A stretch of DNA of 64,000 nt from contig OZ242326.1 in the NCBI GenBank assembly GCA_965208325.1, forward strand, positions 480,001 through 544,000, in the 5' to 3' direction. Within the stretch, counting starts at the first letter, position 1, and every line of letters starts with the position of its first letter. A program made the position numbers and the translations under genes. Shown one piece after another: positions 19,486 to 29,743 of the stretch. This DNA is from Candidatus Poribacteria bacterium. GTDB taxonomy: Bacteria > Poribacteria > WGA-4E > PCPOR2b. The notes beneath the pieces are model-generated. The model searched no databases and had not been told where the DNA came from. It saw nothing but the letters and a program-made list of their open reading frames with translations.

Positions 19486-21453
19486 ATGAGAATATGGAAT
19501 TCAAATGCGAAGATTTCAAAGTTTATCTTCTACAGCATGATGTTGTTTCTACTGTTCGGGACTACTGTCAACCGGGCGGCGGCGGAAGATGTGTACAGTC
19601 TATTCGGGAAACTATTCCTTTCAGGACGCGTAGAATATGATTTCACGAATAAACGAGACTTTCTCGCGGACACAGAAGAGGATGCCGTCCGGCAAAACGA
19701 GTTTGATTTTGACCGAGTGTTTCGGCGCGGCTTCCACAGTGTCATGATTATTGAGGAAACTGCTGGCAACGTCAAGAACATCTTGAGTTTGGGAGAAGTG
19801 CCAACCACCTTTACGAAATTCACCTTTGATCAGATTGACCTCTCGGGTGTACGATGGGATGTCCGATCAGAGCGCACCGATTGGACGATATTGATGGTAC
19901 CCGGTTTACTCAACCCAGTAATTGGCCAAGAAAATGTGCATGGATCGGGAATTGGTATACGGGAAGTAACGAAGTTTGGGAAGTCTAAGTTTGGAGCTTC
20001 GTGGTACTTCCGCGATACGCCTGTATGGGCATTGGATTTGGAGACTAACTTTGCAAACTATGGTTTGAAGGCGGAAATTGCGGCGACTCCGAAAAGTGCA
20101 TTGAGGAAAAACTTCAGTTCTCGATTTGACGCGACGACGACGGTGTTTAAGGCGTTCCGAACTGTTGGTGACACGATTTTCCAGGGTGAGGCCTTTCGCG
20201 TCGGTCCGCGATTCGATGCCTCTCGCTCTGTTGGGGATAACGACGATCAGGACCGATATAGCGATAACACAACGTTAGATCCGCCCTCATTGATTATTCC
20301 GGGCGATTTGGACAAGAATAACAACGGAACGTTCGATTACGAGGATGATATTCTACTGTTTGACGTTGATGAAGATTTTCTTGACGAAAGGGATCGGAAT
20401 AACAACGGAATACGAGATGCGGAAGAGAACGATAGAGACCCAAATTACGAATTTGACGCTGGCCTGCGGGGGATGCGTCTTTTTATGAAACGCAAAACAA
20501 TGCGCGGAAACACGTCCACTGACCTTGAAATCGGAATGCAATTCGAAAAAGATCTAATGGAAAGGGAATTTCAGCGCCCTTCAACAGCAACAAAGGCGTT
20601 CACCAATCTCGTCTACAAAGACAATCTCTCTCAGAATTCTGCTCTGGTGCTTGAGAACGAACTGAAGTTGGTGAGAGACCACATCCCAGATGAGACCTGG
20701 TACTTTGCGGGATTCTTAAGCGAGACAGAGTGGCAACTCTACCGGGCTAATCCCAACGTGCAGAAATCTGAGGCGGAAGGCGGGTTGGCGTTTTTTAATG
20801 TAGATGGCGGCGTTGAGGTAGAGAAGCGGCGAATAGATCCGCTCTTGATGCAGGACGACGCAATCAATACAGCCAAAGTCACTTGGGAATATTCGGGTAT
20901 AAAGCACATGGTCACGACTGGACGCGTCAAACTGCGATATAATTTGGATTTCAACCTTGACAACGAGCATTACGAGGTCGGCATCATCAAAACAAACTAC
21001 CGAATGCGGCCATCCAAATCGCTTGAGATTACACCGATGTTCAAATACACGGTTCGCAACGGCTTTCAGATGGCAGAAGACCGTTTGGAACTTCTCCCAT
21101 TGGCCGGGACAATCGAGGGTGAAGAGATTACACGCAATTTGCGGCTGAATGTAATTGAAGCTGCAGATGTTCGTGACATGGCGGCAGCCTTTATTTTGAA
21201 AACCGTTTATCAGTTCACGAAGACTATCAAGATCACGGGAGGCGGGCAGGTGTTACTCTTTAACGATATGCTTGAAGATGGAAACGATTTTGTTCGCCAA
21301 GCCATTCTAGCTGAAATGGAAAAGAGCTTTGTAGCTTACGAAAAGGAAATGTTTTTGCACATAGGTGCCAAATACATCGACCAACGCGCAAACGCGGACT
21401 TGAACGACGATAATTACATGGAAACATTCGTGCGTGTATTCGGGAAGTTCTAG
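19486..21453 (+). CDS. Probable outer-membrane beta-barrel protein with Asp-rich Ca-binding-like loop
   Basis: Signal peptide (..AAA|ED); many alternating amphipathic strands; C-terminal ETFVRVFGKF ending in Phe; DKNNNGTFD and DRNNNGIRD motifs. Confidence 0.65.
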   Translation: MRIWNSNAKISKFIFYSMMLFLLFGTTVNRAAAEDVYSLFGKLFLSGRVEYDFTNKRDFLADTEEDAVRQNEFDFDRVFRRGFHSVMIIEETAGNVKNILSLGEVPTTFTKFTFDQIDLSGVRWDVRSERTDWTILMVPGLLNPVIGQENVHGSGIGIREVTKFGKSKFGASWYFRDTPVWALDLETNFANYGLKAEIAATPKSALRKNFSSRFDATTTVFKAFRTVGDTIFQGEAFRVGPRFDASRSVGDNDDQDRYSDNTTLDPPSLIIPGDLDKNNNGTFDYEDDILLFDVDEDFLDERDRNNNGIRDAEENDRDPNYEFDAGLRGMRLFMKRKTMRGNTSTDLEIGMQFEKDLMEREFQRPSTATKAFTNLVYKDNLSQNSALVLENELKLVRDHIPDETWYFAGFLSETEWQLYRANPNVQKSEAEGGLAFFNVDGGVEVEKRRIDPLLMQDDAINTAKVTWEYSGIKHMVTTGRVKLRYNLDFNLDNEHYEVGIIKTNYRMRPSKSLEITPMFKYTVRNGFQMAEDRLELLPLAGTIEGEEITRNLRLNVIEAADVRDMAAAFILKTVYQFTKTIKITGGGQVLLFNDMLEDGNDFVRQAILAEMEKSFVAYEKEMFLHIGAKYIDQRANADLNDDNYMETFVRVFGKF

Positions 21454-21573
21454 TTTGTGTTGGCGTTTCAGTTTCTATAGTCGACTCATTTTGCAATTAC
21501 CCATTCTAGTTGCAATTTGGATTCGTCTGTGCCGCTGCAAAGGCATTGAATGTTTTTATATTTTAAATCTCAC

Positions 21574-21614
21574 AAAAAAAACGCAATGCAGAAGATGAAC
21601 TTCCCCATTGCGTT
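21574..21614 (-). terminator. Rho-independent terminator downstream of groEL
   Basis: Stem AACGCAATG/CATTGCGTT with an A run on its left side (U-tract on the minus strand), between convergent genes. Confidence 0.6.
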
Positions 21615-21680
21615 AGCATTTTGCTTTAAAATTTAGTGTCCTCATCGTGGGTAATGGAAGCGTTTCATTCCACGCACCTA

Positions 21681-23318
21681 TCAATGGAGATGTCCATGAT
21701 GTTGATGTGCCCCACCGGGTTCCGGTTTAGGTTCTTCCTCTACCTCCGTGACTAATGATTCTGTTGTCAACAGGAGTCCCGCTACGCTCGCCGCATTTTG
21801 AAGTGCCGACCTGACTACTTTGGTGGGGTCGACGATGCCTGCCTGGAGCAAATCTTCGAATTCGCCGGTTTGTGCGTTGAATCCATGCCCCGCTTCACCA
21901 TCTTTGACTTTGGCAACGACAACGGAACTCTCCTCACCCGCGTTTTCAGTAATCCTCCGGATTGGTGCCTCCAAGGCTTTACGGACGATGTTTACGCCGA
22001 CCGCCTGATCGCCCTCAAGTTGGCTATTCGACAGCACGGAGCTTGCTCGCAACAGCGCAAGACCTCCTCCCGGAACAATTCCTTCCTCGACAGCCGCGCG
22101 CGATGCAGATAAAGCATCTTCAAATCGAGTTTTTTTCTCTTTCATCTCCGTTTCAGTCGCCGCACCGACCCGAATCACAGCAACACCTCCCGCGAGTTTC
22201 GCTAGACGTTCTTCCAGTTTTTCACGATCGTAGTCGGAAGTAGTTTCCTCAATTTGCCGACGAATTTGGCCAATTCGATTCTCAATTTCCGATTTCATTC
22301 CTGCGCCTTCGACGACCGTGGTATCGTCTTTGGTAACGATTACCCGCTTTGCGCTGCCAAGCATACCGATCACCAGATTTTCCAATTTAATGCCTATGTC
22401 TTCCGAGATAACCTGTCCGTTGGTAAGAACACCTAAGTCCCCGAGCATCGCTTTACGCCTGTCACCGAAACCCGGTGCTTTTACAGCGACACATTGACAA
22501 ATGCCGCGCAGTTTATTCACGACCAACGCGGCTAAAGCCTCCCCTTCAACGTCTTCTGCGATGATGAGGAGAGAACGTCCAAGTTGGACAACTTTCTCCA
22601 AGATTGGGACAAGACTAGCCATCGAGCTAATCTTTCCATCATTAATCAAAATCAGTGGATCTTCTAATTCCGTAACGAGTTGTTCGTCATTGGTCACAAA
22701 GTGGGGGGAGAGATACCCGCGGTCAAATTGCATCCCATCAACATAATCAACGTTTGTGTCAGAACTCTTTCCTTCTTCAACCGTGATAACGCCGTCCTCG
22801 CCCACTTTTTCCATTGCATCTGCGATAAGTCTTCCTATTCCGGAAGCATTCGCCCGGTCATTGGCTGCAATGGACGCGACTTGTGCAATTTCACCGTGTG
22901 TGCTTATGGCTGTACTCTGTTTTTTTAGCGCTTCGACAACAGCGGCCACAGTTTTCTCAATGCCAATCTTCAATTGCATCGAATCCATGCCAGCGGCAAC
23001 GCTCTTTAGCCCCTCATGGATGATTTCTTGAGCCAACACCGTAGCGGTTGTTGTGCCGTCGCCTGCCACGTCGTTTGTTTTAGTGGCGACCGATTTTAAC
23101 AATTGTGCGCCCATGTTTTCGTATTGATCGGGAAGTTCAATTTCCTTAGCAACAGTAACGCCGTCACTCGTAATTACCGGTGATCCAAAGGACTTTTGAA
23201 GAATCACATTACGGCCGCGGGGACCAAGTGTTACTGTTACCGCCTGCGCGAGTGTGTCAGCACCCCGCTGGAGGGCTTCTCGGGCTTCTACATCAAAAAT
23301 CAGCTGCTTTGCTGCCAT
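21681..23318 (-). CDS. groEL: Chaperonin GroEL with His-rich C-terminus
   Basis: [65 protein letters not shown]; ends HQHHGHLH. Confidence 0.99.
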   Translation of the reverse strand: MAAKQLIFDVEAREALQRGADTLAQAVTVTLGPRGRNVILQKSFGSPVITSDGVTVAKEIELPDQYENMGAQLLKSVATKTNDVAGDGTTTATVLAQEIIHEGLKSVAAGMDSMQLKIGIEKTVAAVVEALKKQSTAISTHGEIAQVASIAANDRANASGIGRLIADAMEKVGEDGVITVEEGKSSDTNVDYVDGMQFDRGYLSPHFVTNDEQLVTELEDPLILINDGKISSMASLVPILEKVVQLGRSLLIIAEDVEGEALAALVVNKLRGICQCVAVKAPGFGDRRKAMLGDLGVLTNGQVISEDIGIKLENLVIGMLGSAKRVIVTKDDTTVVEGAGMKSEIENRIGQIRRQIEETTSDYDREKLEERLAKLAGGVAVIRVGAATETEMKEKKTRFEDALSASRAAVEEGIVPGGGLALLRASSVLSNSQLEGDQAVGVNIVRKALEAPIRRITENAGEESSVVVAKVKDGEAGHGFNAQTGEFEDLLQAGIVDPTKVVRSALQNAASVAGLLLTTESLVTEVEEEPKPEPGGAHQHHGHLH

Positions 23319-23363
23319 ATTTTCTCTCCTGTAGCATCGGTATTTACCTGAAAGGTGGGGTTG

Positions 23364-23390
23364 TTAGCACTCTTACTTAGTGAGTGCTAG
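23364..23390 (-). promoter_or_regulatory. CIRCE element (HrcA operator)
   Basis: TTAGCACTC-N9-GAGTGCTAG, one mismatch from TTAGCACTC-N9-GAGTGCTAA, lying between the promoter and the groEL start. Confidence 0.95.
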
Positions 23391-23401
23391 CCGAACACCG
23401 A

Positions 23402-23431
23402 ATTATACATCACGCCACCGCAAAAAGTCAA
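23402..23431 (-). promoter_or_regulatory. Sigma70 promoter of groEL
   Basis: Minus strand TTGACT, 18 nt, TATAAT, immediately upstream of the CIRCE. Confidence 0.75.
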
Positions 23432-23481
23432 CCTGAATCCTCATTTTGGGTTCGGCGAATGCAGATTTGCGACGTGCCGTA

Positions 23482-24219
23482 TTAGTTGATGCCGTCCCAG
23501 TATTTCCACATGTCTCGGGGCGTTTCGTACTTAATCTGCTCCAAATCTTTCCGGCTGACCCGGCCAATCAGTGCAATCCTAACATCGCGGCTGATGTTTG
23601 TGGAGGCTGTGTGTGATAGTTGATTATGCCAGAAACAGACATCTCCCGGCCCGCCTGTGACCTCCATCCCTGCTCCGAGATCGAAGGGAGCCACACCACC
23701 CTCCAAGCTGTCAATATCGTGGTGTCTGAAATACTCGGCAAAAATTTTATGGCTCTCCGGCCAAACCATAAATCCGCCGCCTTTAGATTCCACTCTGCCG
23801 AGATAGATTGTGACGCCCAGTGTAAACACGCTAACACCACCTTTAGGGACTCCGTTCGACGGGGTATAATAGCCGTCAAGATGGCCAGTTGGCGGATGCC
23901 ACTCACTGTTTGGGGATGGAAAATTTATGTGGGGTGTTACCCCGCCATCGGTATGTAACGTCCCTTTGCCCACCATCTCCTCTGCCATTGCGAACACGGG
24001 TTCGGCATAGATGGTGCGCTTGAGGGCGTCTGTTCCCCCGATGTCGAAGGCTTGATATCCTTTGTCTATCCAAGAAGCTGGATTGTTTCGGTCCGCTTCA
24101 ACGTTGTTCCAAATCACCTCCAACGCCGCGTCTATTACTTGCGGATTGAGTGCATCTCGTATTATGACGTATCCATGTTCTTTAAAGTAATCTTTATCTA
24201 CCTTCGTTAGATGAGCCAT
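23482..24219 (-). CDS. Phytanoyl-CoA dioxygenase (PhyH) family Fe(II)/2OG dioxygenase
   Basis: FKEHGYVII, HLD metal motif, GGFMVWPESHK, GPGDVCFWHNQLSH. Confidence 0.85.
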   Translation of the reverse strand: MAHLTKVDKDYFKEHGYVIIRDALNPQVIDAALEVIWNNVEADRNNPASWIDKGYQAFDIGGTDALKRTIYAEPVFAMAEEMVGKGTLHTDGGVTPHINFPSPNSEWHPPTGHLDGYYTPSNGVPKGGVSVFTLGVTIYLGRVESKGGGFMVWPESHKIFAEYFRHHDIDSLEGGVAPFDLGAGMEVTGGPGDVCFWHNQLSHTASTNISRDVRIALIGRVSRKDLEQIKYETPRDMWKYWDGIN

Positions 24220-24230
24220 TGTGTGCGTTT

Positions 24231-25445
24231 TTATGCCCAGCCTTGGCTAACGCCTCCAACCCGCTGCTCGCTAATTTTTTCAAAGTAACCACTCTTACGA
24301 TACGCTGTCAACGGGTCAGGGTCTCTATCCATTTCCAAACGCACTTGCTCAAGCAGCGGTGATAGGTCCGTTTCGTATGCCCGTTGCAGAATTCTCTCGG
24401 CGTCGATAATTTCGCCCGTATCCTGCGCTTCGCCCAGCGCTATGCGGTCGACGATTAATGCTTTTGCGTACGCTGACTGTAGGTTGCAGACGGATTGAAT
24501 GCTCGCTTCAACTTTGGGCTTTAGGTTGTGGCTTTGGTCAATCATGTATGCGATATTCGTCTGAGTGCCAGGATCCAACTCTGCCGCGGCGAGTTCCGTG
24601 TAAATGAGGAAAAGCTCCTGGGGGTTGATTGTTCCAACGGTCAAATCATCATCGGCAAACTTTCGGCAGTTGAAGTGGAAACCGCCCAGTTTCCCTTCGT
24701 CGATGAGAAAGGCAACGATATATTCGATGTTTGTACCTTGCGCATGGTGCCCGAGGTCAATCAGGACCTGTGCCTTATTTCCCAACTTGGCCGCCATCAC
24801 GTAAGCGTTTCCCCAATCAGCGAGGTCGGTATGATAGAAAGCAGGTTCGAAGAATTTGTACTCAATAAGCATGCGCACACCATCATCGAGTGCGTCATAA
24901 ACCTCGCGCAGGCATTCGTACATCCACCGCTTGCGCTTCCTGAAATTTCCTTGGCCGGGAAAATTTGTCCCATCGGCGAACCAGAGGCTGAGCAGCGTGG
25001 ACCCAGTAATCTGCATAATCCCCACACATTCTAGCATGTGATCGACAGCAAGGCGCCGGACAGATGGGTCATGGTTGCAGATGCTTCCAAATTTGTACTC
25101 CTGCCCTTGAAAGACGTTCGGATTAATTGCCCCGATACCGATCCCGATTTCTGCCGCATACTGCTTTAGCCCTAGCCAATCATCTGTCTTGTCCCAAGGG
25201 ATATGTAGAGCGACGGTTGGGGCGGCGCCGGTGAATCTGTGGACGGCGGCCGCATCTTCAAGGCGTTCGCGAGCATTTCGTGCTGCCCCCAGTTGTGCAA
25301 ATACGCCGAATCGCGTTCCTGAATTTCCGTAACCCCATGACGGGGTTTCAATGCGTTGGCTTTTGAGTCTAGATTTGACCGCCTCAATCTCAATCCCTTG
25401 TTTTTCCAAGTCTTCCGCTAGTAGATCGTATTTGGGATTGCTCAT
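24231..25445 (-). CDS. rhaI: L-rhamnose isomerase (RhaI type)
   Basis: [71 protein letters not shown]. Confidence 0.92.
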   Translation of the reverse strand: MSNPKYDLLAEDLEKQGIEIEAVKSRLKSQRIETPSWGYGNSGTRFGVFAQLGAARNARERLEDAAAVHRFTGAAPTVALHIPWDKTDDWLGLKQYAAEIGIGIGAINPNVFQGQEYKFGSICNHDPSVRRLAVDHMLECVGIMQITGSTLLSLWFADGTNFPGQGNFRKRKRWMYECLREVYDALDDGVRMLIEYKFFEPAFYHTDLADWGNAYVMAAKLGNKAQVLIDLGHHAQGTNIEYIVAFLIDEGKLGGFHFNCRKFADDDLTVGTINPQELFLIYTELAAAELDPGTQTNIAYMIDQSHNLKPKVEASIQSVCNLQSAYAKALIVDRIALGEAQDTGEIIDAERILQRAYETDLSPLLEQVRLEMDRDPDPLTAYRKSGYFEKISEQRVGGVSQGWA

Positions 25446-25592
25446 TCCGTATCGTCCTAGTATTTGCCTTGATTTCTCGACCTACGCGTCCGGTTTAAAA
25501 TTCATGTCTGCCGCAATAAAAACCGACTGGATTGATCGAATCGCCATGAAGGCTTAAGAGTTTTTCGGTATCCACACCGAAAGCATGCTCAG

Positions 25593-25621
25593 ATGGTAGC
25601 ACGACTGCCTTTTCTCGTCAA
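25593..25621 (-). promoter_or_regulatory. Sigma70 promoter for rhaI-phyH
   Basis: Minus strand TTGACG, 17 nt, TACCAT. Confidence 0.55.
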
Positions 25622-25645
25622 CCAAAATAATCCTTGAGAATTGCC

Positions 25646-25674
25646 TTGATAGAGGTATATGTGTAGGTTATAAT
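25646..25674 (+). promoter_or_regulatory. Sigma70 promoter for glyQS
   Basis: TTGATA, 17 nt, TATAAT, followed by GGAGG RBS before ATG 25726. Confidence 0.75.
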
Positions 25675-25725
25675 GATTAAAGAACCGGGGAAGTCGATTT
25701 AAGGAAATGGCGTGGAGGAAACGCA

Positions 25726-27024
25726 ATGGTATCAATGGAAACCATCACCTCGCTATGCAAAAGGCGAGGATTTATCTTTCAAAGCAGTGAAATTTACGAA
25801 GGACTCGCCGGATGTTGGGATTTCGGTCCACTCGGGGTTGAATTAGTGCGTAACGTGAAGGAAGCCTGGTGGAAAAACGTAGTGCATCAGCGAGATGATA
25901 TGGTAGGCCTAGATGCGTCAATACTCATGCATCCACAAGCTTGGGTTGCATCGGGGCACGTTGAGAACTTCACCGATCCGATGGTTGATTGTATGCGTTG
26001 TAAACGGCGTTTTCGCGCGGACCACATTGATGGGGAAAACTGTCCTAATTGCGGTGGTGAATTGACCGAAGCGCGGCAATTCAACCTAATGTTCAAAACA
26101 TTCATAGGTCCCTTAGAGGACGAGGCTTCTCAAGTGTATCTTCGTCCGGAAACCGCCCAAGGAATCTTTGTTAATTTCAAGAATATTATAGATTCGATGC
26201 GCCTAAAAATCCCCTTTGGCATTGCTCAAATCGGAAAGGCGTTTCGGAACGAAATCACGGTTGGAAATTTTATTTTCCGTGTTCGTGAATTTGAGCAGAT
26301 GGAAATTGAGTATTTTGTGAAACCGGGTACCGATGAAGAATGGCACGAAAAGTGGATTTCAAATCGTTCGGACTGGTATTTGCAACTGGGAATTCGGAAA
26401 GAGAATCTGAGGTGCCGTCCGCACGAGGAAGATGAACTAGCGCACTATAGCAAATCGTGTGTTGACATTGAATATCTTTTCCCAATGGGTTGGTCAGAAT
26501 TGGAAGGGGTTGCCAGCCGCAGCGATCACGATTTATCTGTTCATGCAGAACATAGCAAGAAGGATTTGAACTATTATGACCCAGTTGCAGAAACACATTA
26601 CGTTCCCTATGTCATCGAACCTTCAGTCGGCGTTGGGCGCGCAGCGTTGGCTTTCCTGATTGATGCTTATAGCGAGGAAGAAGTCGCCGGCAGAAAGCGG
26701 ACAATACTTCGAATTCATAAAGACCTCGCACCAATCAAGGCAGCAGTATTGCCGCTGTTGAGAAATCGGCCTGATATCGTTCAACTTGCTAGAGAGATTA
26801 CACATGCGTTGCAGAAAGAATTTGTCGCGGTTTATGACGATACCGCAGGAATTGGACGTCTGTACCGGCGGCAAGATGAGATTGGCACACCTTATTGCAT
26901 TACGGTTGATGTCGAGTCTTTGGACGACCGCGCCGTCACTATCCGCGACCGTGATAGTATGCAACAGATTCGTGTTTCCGTTGACAGACTTGTAGAGACA
27001 GTTACTGAAAAGTTAAAGTCTTAA
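25726..27024 (+). CDS. glyQS: Glycine--tRNA ligase, alpha2 homodimeric type
   Basis: LCKRRGFIF, WVASGH, YLRPETAQGIF, GKAFRNEI, FRVREFEQMEIE, VIEPSVG, GRLYRRQDEIGTP. Confidence 0.98.
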   Translation: MVSMETITSLCKRRGFIFQSSEIYEGLAGCWDFGPLGVELVRNVKEAWWKNVVHQRDDMVGLDASILMHPQAWVASGHVENFTDPMVDCMRCKRRFRADHIDGENCPNCGGELTEARQFNLMFKTFIGPLEDEASQVYLRPETAQGIFVNFKNIIDSMRLKIPFGIAQIGKAFRNEITVGNFIFRVREFEQMEIEYFVKPGTDEEWHEKWISNRSDWYLQLGIRKENLRCRPHEEDELAHYSKSCVDIEYLFPMGWSELEGVASRSDHDLSVHAEHSKKDLNYYDPVAETHYVPYVIEPSVGVGRAALAFLIDAYSEEEVAGRKRTILRIHKDLAPIKAAVLPLLRNRPDIVQLAREITHALQKEFVAVYDDTAGIGRLYRRQDEIGTPYCITVDVESLDDRAVTIRDRDSMQQIRVSVDRLVETVTEKLKS

Positions 27025-27098
27025 GCCGAAACGCATACGTCAATATCCAGAAGCGGCGCTTAGGCGTTTCACAGCGGAGGTTCGCGGGGAGTATTTTC

Positions 27099-27575
27099 AT
27101 GAAAGGGACAATTCGTAAAGCTCAATTGGCTGACGCTGCGCACATGGTCGAACTCTCGGAGCAAAAACGCACCGAGTATGAAAAACATAAGCCCAATTTT
27201 TGGCGTAAAGCTCATGATTCCGCCCAAAAGCAGACGCCGTATTTTGAGCAGCAAATTAGGAGCGACCAGGTAATCGCCCGCATACATGAACAAAATGGAA
27301 TAATGGATGGCTTTGTTATCGGTATGCTTGTGTCAGCACCGGCGGTCTATGATCCGGGCGGGCTTAGTTGTTTCATTGACGACTTCGTGGTAAAAAACCC
27401 AAGTCTTTGGCAAAGTGTAGGCGTGTTGTTGCTTAACGAAGTCATCCATGAATCTAAGATCCGGGGTGCTGTGCAGAGCATAGTTGTGTGTGGCCATCAC
27501 GATGCACCTAAACAGTTAATGCTTGCTTCCACGGGTTCTTCGATTGCCTCTGAATGGTGGGTAAAGACGTTATAG
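27099..27575 (+). CDS. GNAT family N-acetyltransferase
   Basis: N-terminal IRKAQLAD, FIDDFVV..WQSVGVLLL motif-A-like segment; 158 aa. Confidence 0.7.
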   Translation: MKGTIRKAQLADAAHMVELSEQKRTEYEKHKPNFWRKAHDSAQKQTPYFEQQIRSDQVIARIHEQNGIMDGFVIGMLVSAPAVYDPGGLSCFIDDFVVKNPSLWQSVGVLLLNEVIHESKIRGAVQSIVVCGHHDAPKQLMLASTGSSIASEWWVKTL

Positions 27576-27638
27576 AGATTCGCAAAAATACTACAATGAG
27601 ACTTGAATCACTCATGAAACTAGGAAGGAAAACTCAAA

Positions 27639-28664
27639 GTGATACGCGATGCAATTCAGAAACTTGTTGATGGACGGGACCTTACCGAGAATGAAACAGT
27701 TGACACGATGAATGAAATCATGAATGGTGAGGCGACCGATGCCCAAATAGCAGGTTTCATCACTGCTCTACGATTGAAAAAGGAAACCATTGAAGAGATT
27801 ATCGGTGCGGCGCGCGTGATGCGTGAAAAAGCTACACCCGTACATACCAGACATTCGTTAGTTGTGGATACATGTAGTACGGGTGGCACCCGTTTGGATT
27901 CCTTCAACATATCAACGACTTCCGCCTTCGTAGTTGCGGGCGCAGGGGTGCCGGTGGCAAAACATGGTAATCGAGGGGTGACCCGCGTAAGCGGCAGTGC
28001 GAATGTATTGATGGCGCTCGGTGTCAACATTGAAATTACGCCGGAACATGTCAGTCGGTGTATTGATAAGGTTGGCATCGGTTTCCTCTTTGCGCCAATG
28101 CTGCATGGGGCGATGAAATATGCAATTGGACCTCGTCGGGAAATTGGAATCCGCACAATTTTCAACACCGTTGCGCCCTTGACTAACCCGGCGCGTGTTA
28201 AGGCACAAGTGATCGGAGTTTACGCGCCTGAACTCACGGAGCAACACGCAAACGCGCTCAAAAATTTTGGGAGTCATCACGCTTTCGTCGTGCACGGCAA
28301 CGACGGATTAGATGAAATCACAACAACGACAACCACGCGGATTTCAGAGTTGGTCAATGGCGGCGTTACAACCTATACCCTTGATCCAACAGCGATGGGG
28401 ATTCCTAAAGCGCATCCTAATGATATCCTAAGTGGTACCCCAGAACAAAATGCCGAAAGAATTCTGCGCATTCTCAACGGAGAGAAGGGGCCGAAGCGAA
28501 ATATTGTTGCACTCAATGCGGCGGCGGCAATTGTCGCTGGCGGTAAAGCTGAGAATCTTAAGCAAGGATATATGCTTGCAGAAGCATCGATTGATTCGGG
28601 CAAGGCTTTGGAGAAATTAGAAGGGTTGAGGTCAATGTCGAATGAATTGGAAAATTCAAACTAG
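27639..28664 (+). CDS. trpD: Anthranilate phosphoribosyltransferase
   Basis: VDTCSTGG, FNIST, VAKHGNR, FLFAP, RTIFN, DGLDEIT. Confidence 0.96.
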   Translation: MIRDAIQKLVDGRDLTENETVDTMNEIMNGEATDAQIAGFITALRLKKETIEEIIGAARVMREKATPVHTRHSLVVDTCSTGGTRLDSFNISTTSAFVVAGAGVPVAKHGNRGVTRVSGSANVLMALGVNIEITPEHVSRCIDKVGIGFLFAPMLHGAMKYAIGPRREIGIRTIFNTVAPLTNPARVKAQVIGVYAPELTEQHANALKNFGSHHAFVVHGNDGLDEITTTTTTRISELVNGGVTTYTLDPTAMGIPKAHPNDILSGTPEQNAERILRILNGEKGPKRNIVALNAAAAIVAGGKAENLKQGYMLAEASIDSGKALEKLEGLRSMSNELENSN

Positions 28665-28672
28665 GTGAAACG

Positions 28673-29713
28673 ATGGATTTGGTCACGTTTGGCGAGGCGA
28701 TGGTTCGGCTCACTTCACCGGATTTCATGCGGCTCGAACAGTCGTCATCCTTAAACATGAGCGTAGGCGGCGCTGAACTCAATGTTGCTATTAATGGAGC
28801 TCAGTTAGGATTGCGCACGGCATGGGTTTCACGGCTCGTTGACAATTGGTCAGGCCGCTTTATCCGAAATACAGGGCGCAAATTAGGTGTTGATATGTCC
28901 CGAATCGTTTGGGCTCAATTTGATGGAATTGGGCTTGAACGCAACGGCTTTTATCACATTGAACTAGGAGCGGGGCCTCGTGCGAGCAACGTCACGTATG
29001 ACCGAGGATTTACTGCTATTTCAAAGATTAAACCCGGTGAAGTTGAATGGAAGTCCATTTTTGCAGACTGCCGGTGGTTTCATTTGAGCGGAATTACTCC
29101 TGCATTATCGGAATCTGCCGCGTTGGCAACGTGCGAGGCATTGCATACCGCACGTGCAATGGGGGTGACAACCAGCTACGATTTGAATTACCGCGCGAAA
29201 CTTTGGAGCCCAGAACGCGCGCAAGCCGTCAATCACGAAATAATGGAGTATATTTGTGTATTAATCGGGAACGAAGAAGATTTTGAGAAGGCGCTCGGCA
29301 TAAGGGCGGAAGGAACGCAACACGGCTATAGTAAAATCAATCCAGATAGTTACAAAACTGTAGCGAAGCACGTGGTTGATCGCTATGCCAATGTGGAAAT
29401 GATTGCCACAACTTTGCGCGAGGCAAAATCAGGTTGGTTAAACGACTGGCGCACGCTGCTTTTCAACGGGGAGGAATTTTTCCTGTCCAGCATTTACGAA
29501 AATCTCGAACTTGTTGATCGCGTGGGCGGCGGAGATAGCTTCGCGGCAGCGTTGATTTACAGTTTGCTCGCAGGCAAGCCGCCTCAAGAGACGGTCGATT
29601 TTGCAGGGGCATACTCCGCACTCGCACACACTTTTCCAGGTGATTTTAACTGGGCAACGTCCGAAGAAGCTGAAAAGGCGATTGTGGCAGACAGTGTGCG
29701 AATCGTTCGTTAA
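28673..29713 (+). CDS. kdgK: PfkB sugar kinase, 2-keto-3-deoxygluconate kinase-like
   Basis: FGEAMVRL, GGAELNVA, FHLSGITPA, SYDLNYRAKLW, GNEED, VDRVGGGDSF. Confidence 0.8.
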   Translation: MDLVTFGEAMVRLTSPDFMRLEQSSSLNMSVGGAELNVAINGAQLGLRTAWVSRLVDNWSGRFIRNTGRKLGVDMSRIVWAQFDGIGLERNGFYHIELGAGPRASNVTYDRGFTAISKIKPGEVEWKSIFADCRWFHLSGITPALSESAALATCEALHTARAMGVTTSYDLNYRAKLWSPERAQAVNHEIMEYICVLIGNEEDFEKALGIRAEGTQHGYSKINPDSYKTVAKHVVDRYANVEMIATTLREAKSGWLNDWRTLLFNGEEFFLSSIYENLELVDRVGGGDSFAAALIYSLLAGKPPQETVDFAGAYSALAHTFPGDFNWATSEEAEKAIVADSVRIVR

Positions 29714-29743
29714 ACTGCGCCTTCAGGTATGGTCTATTTTTAT

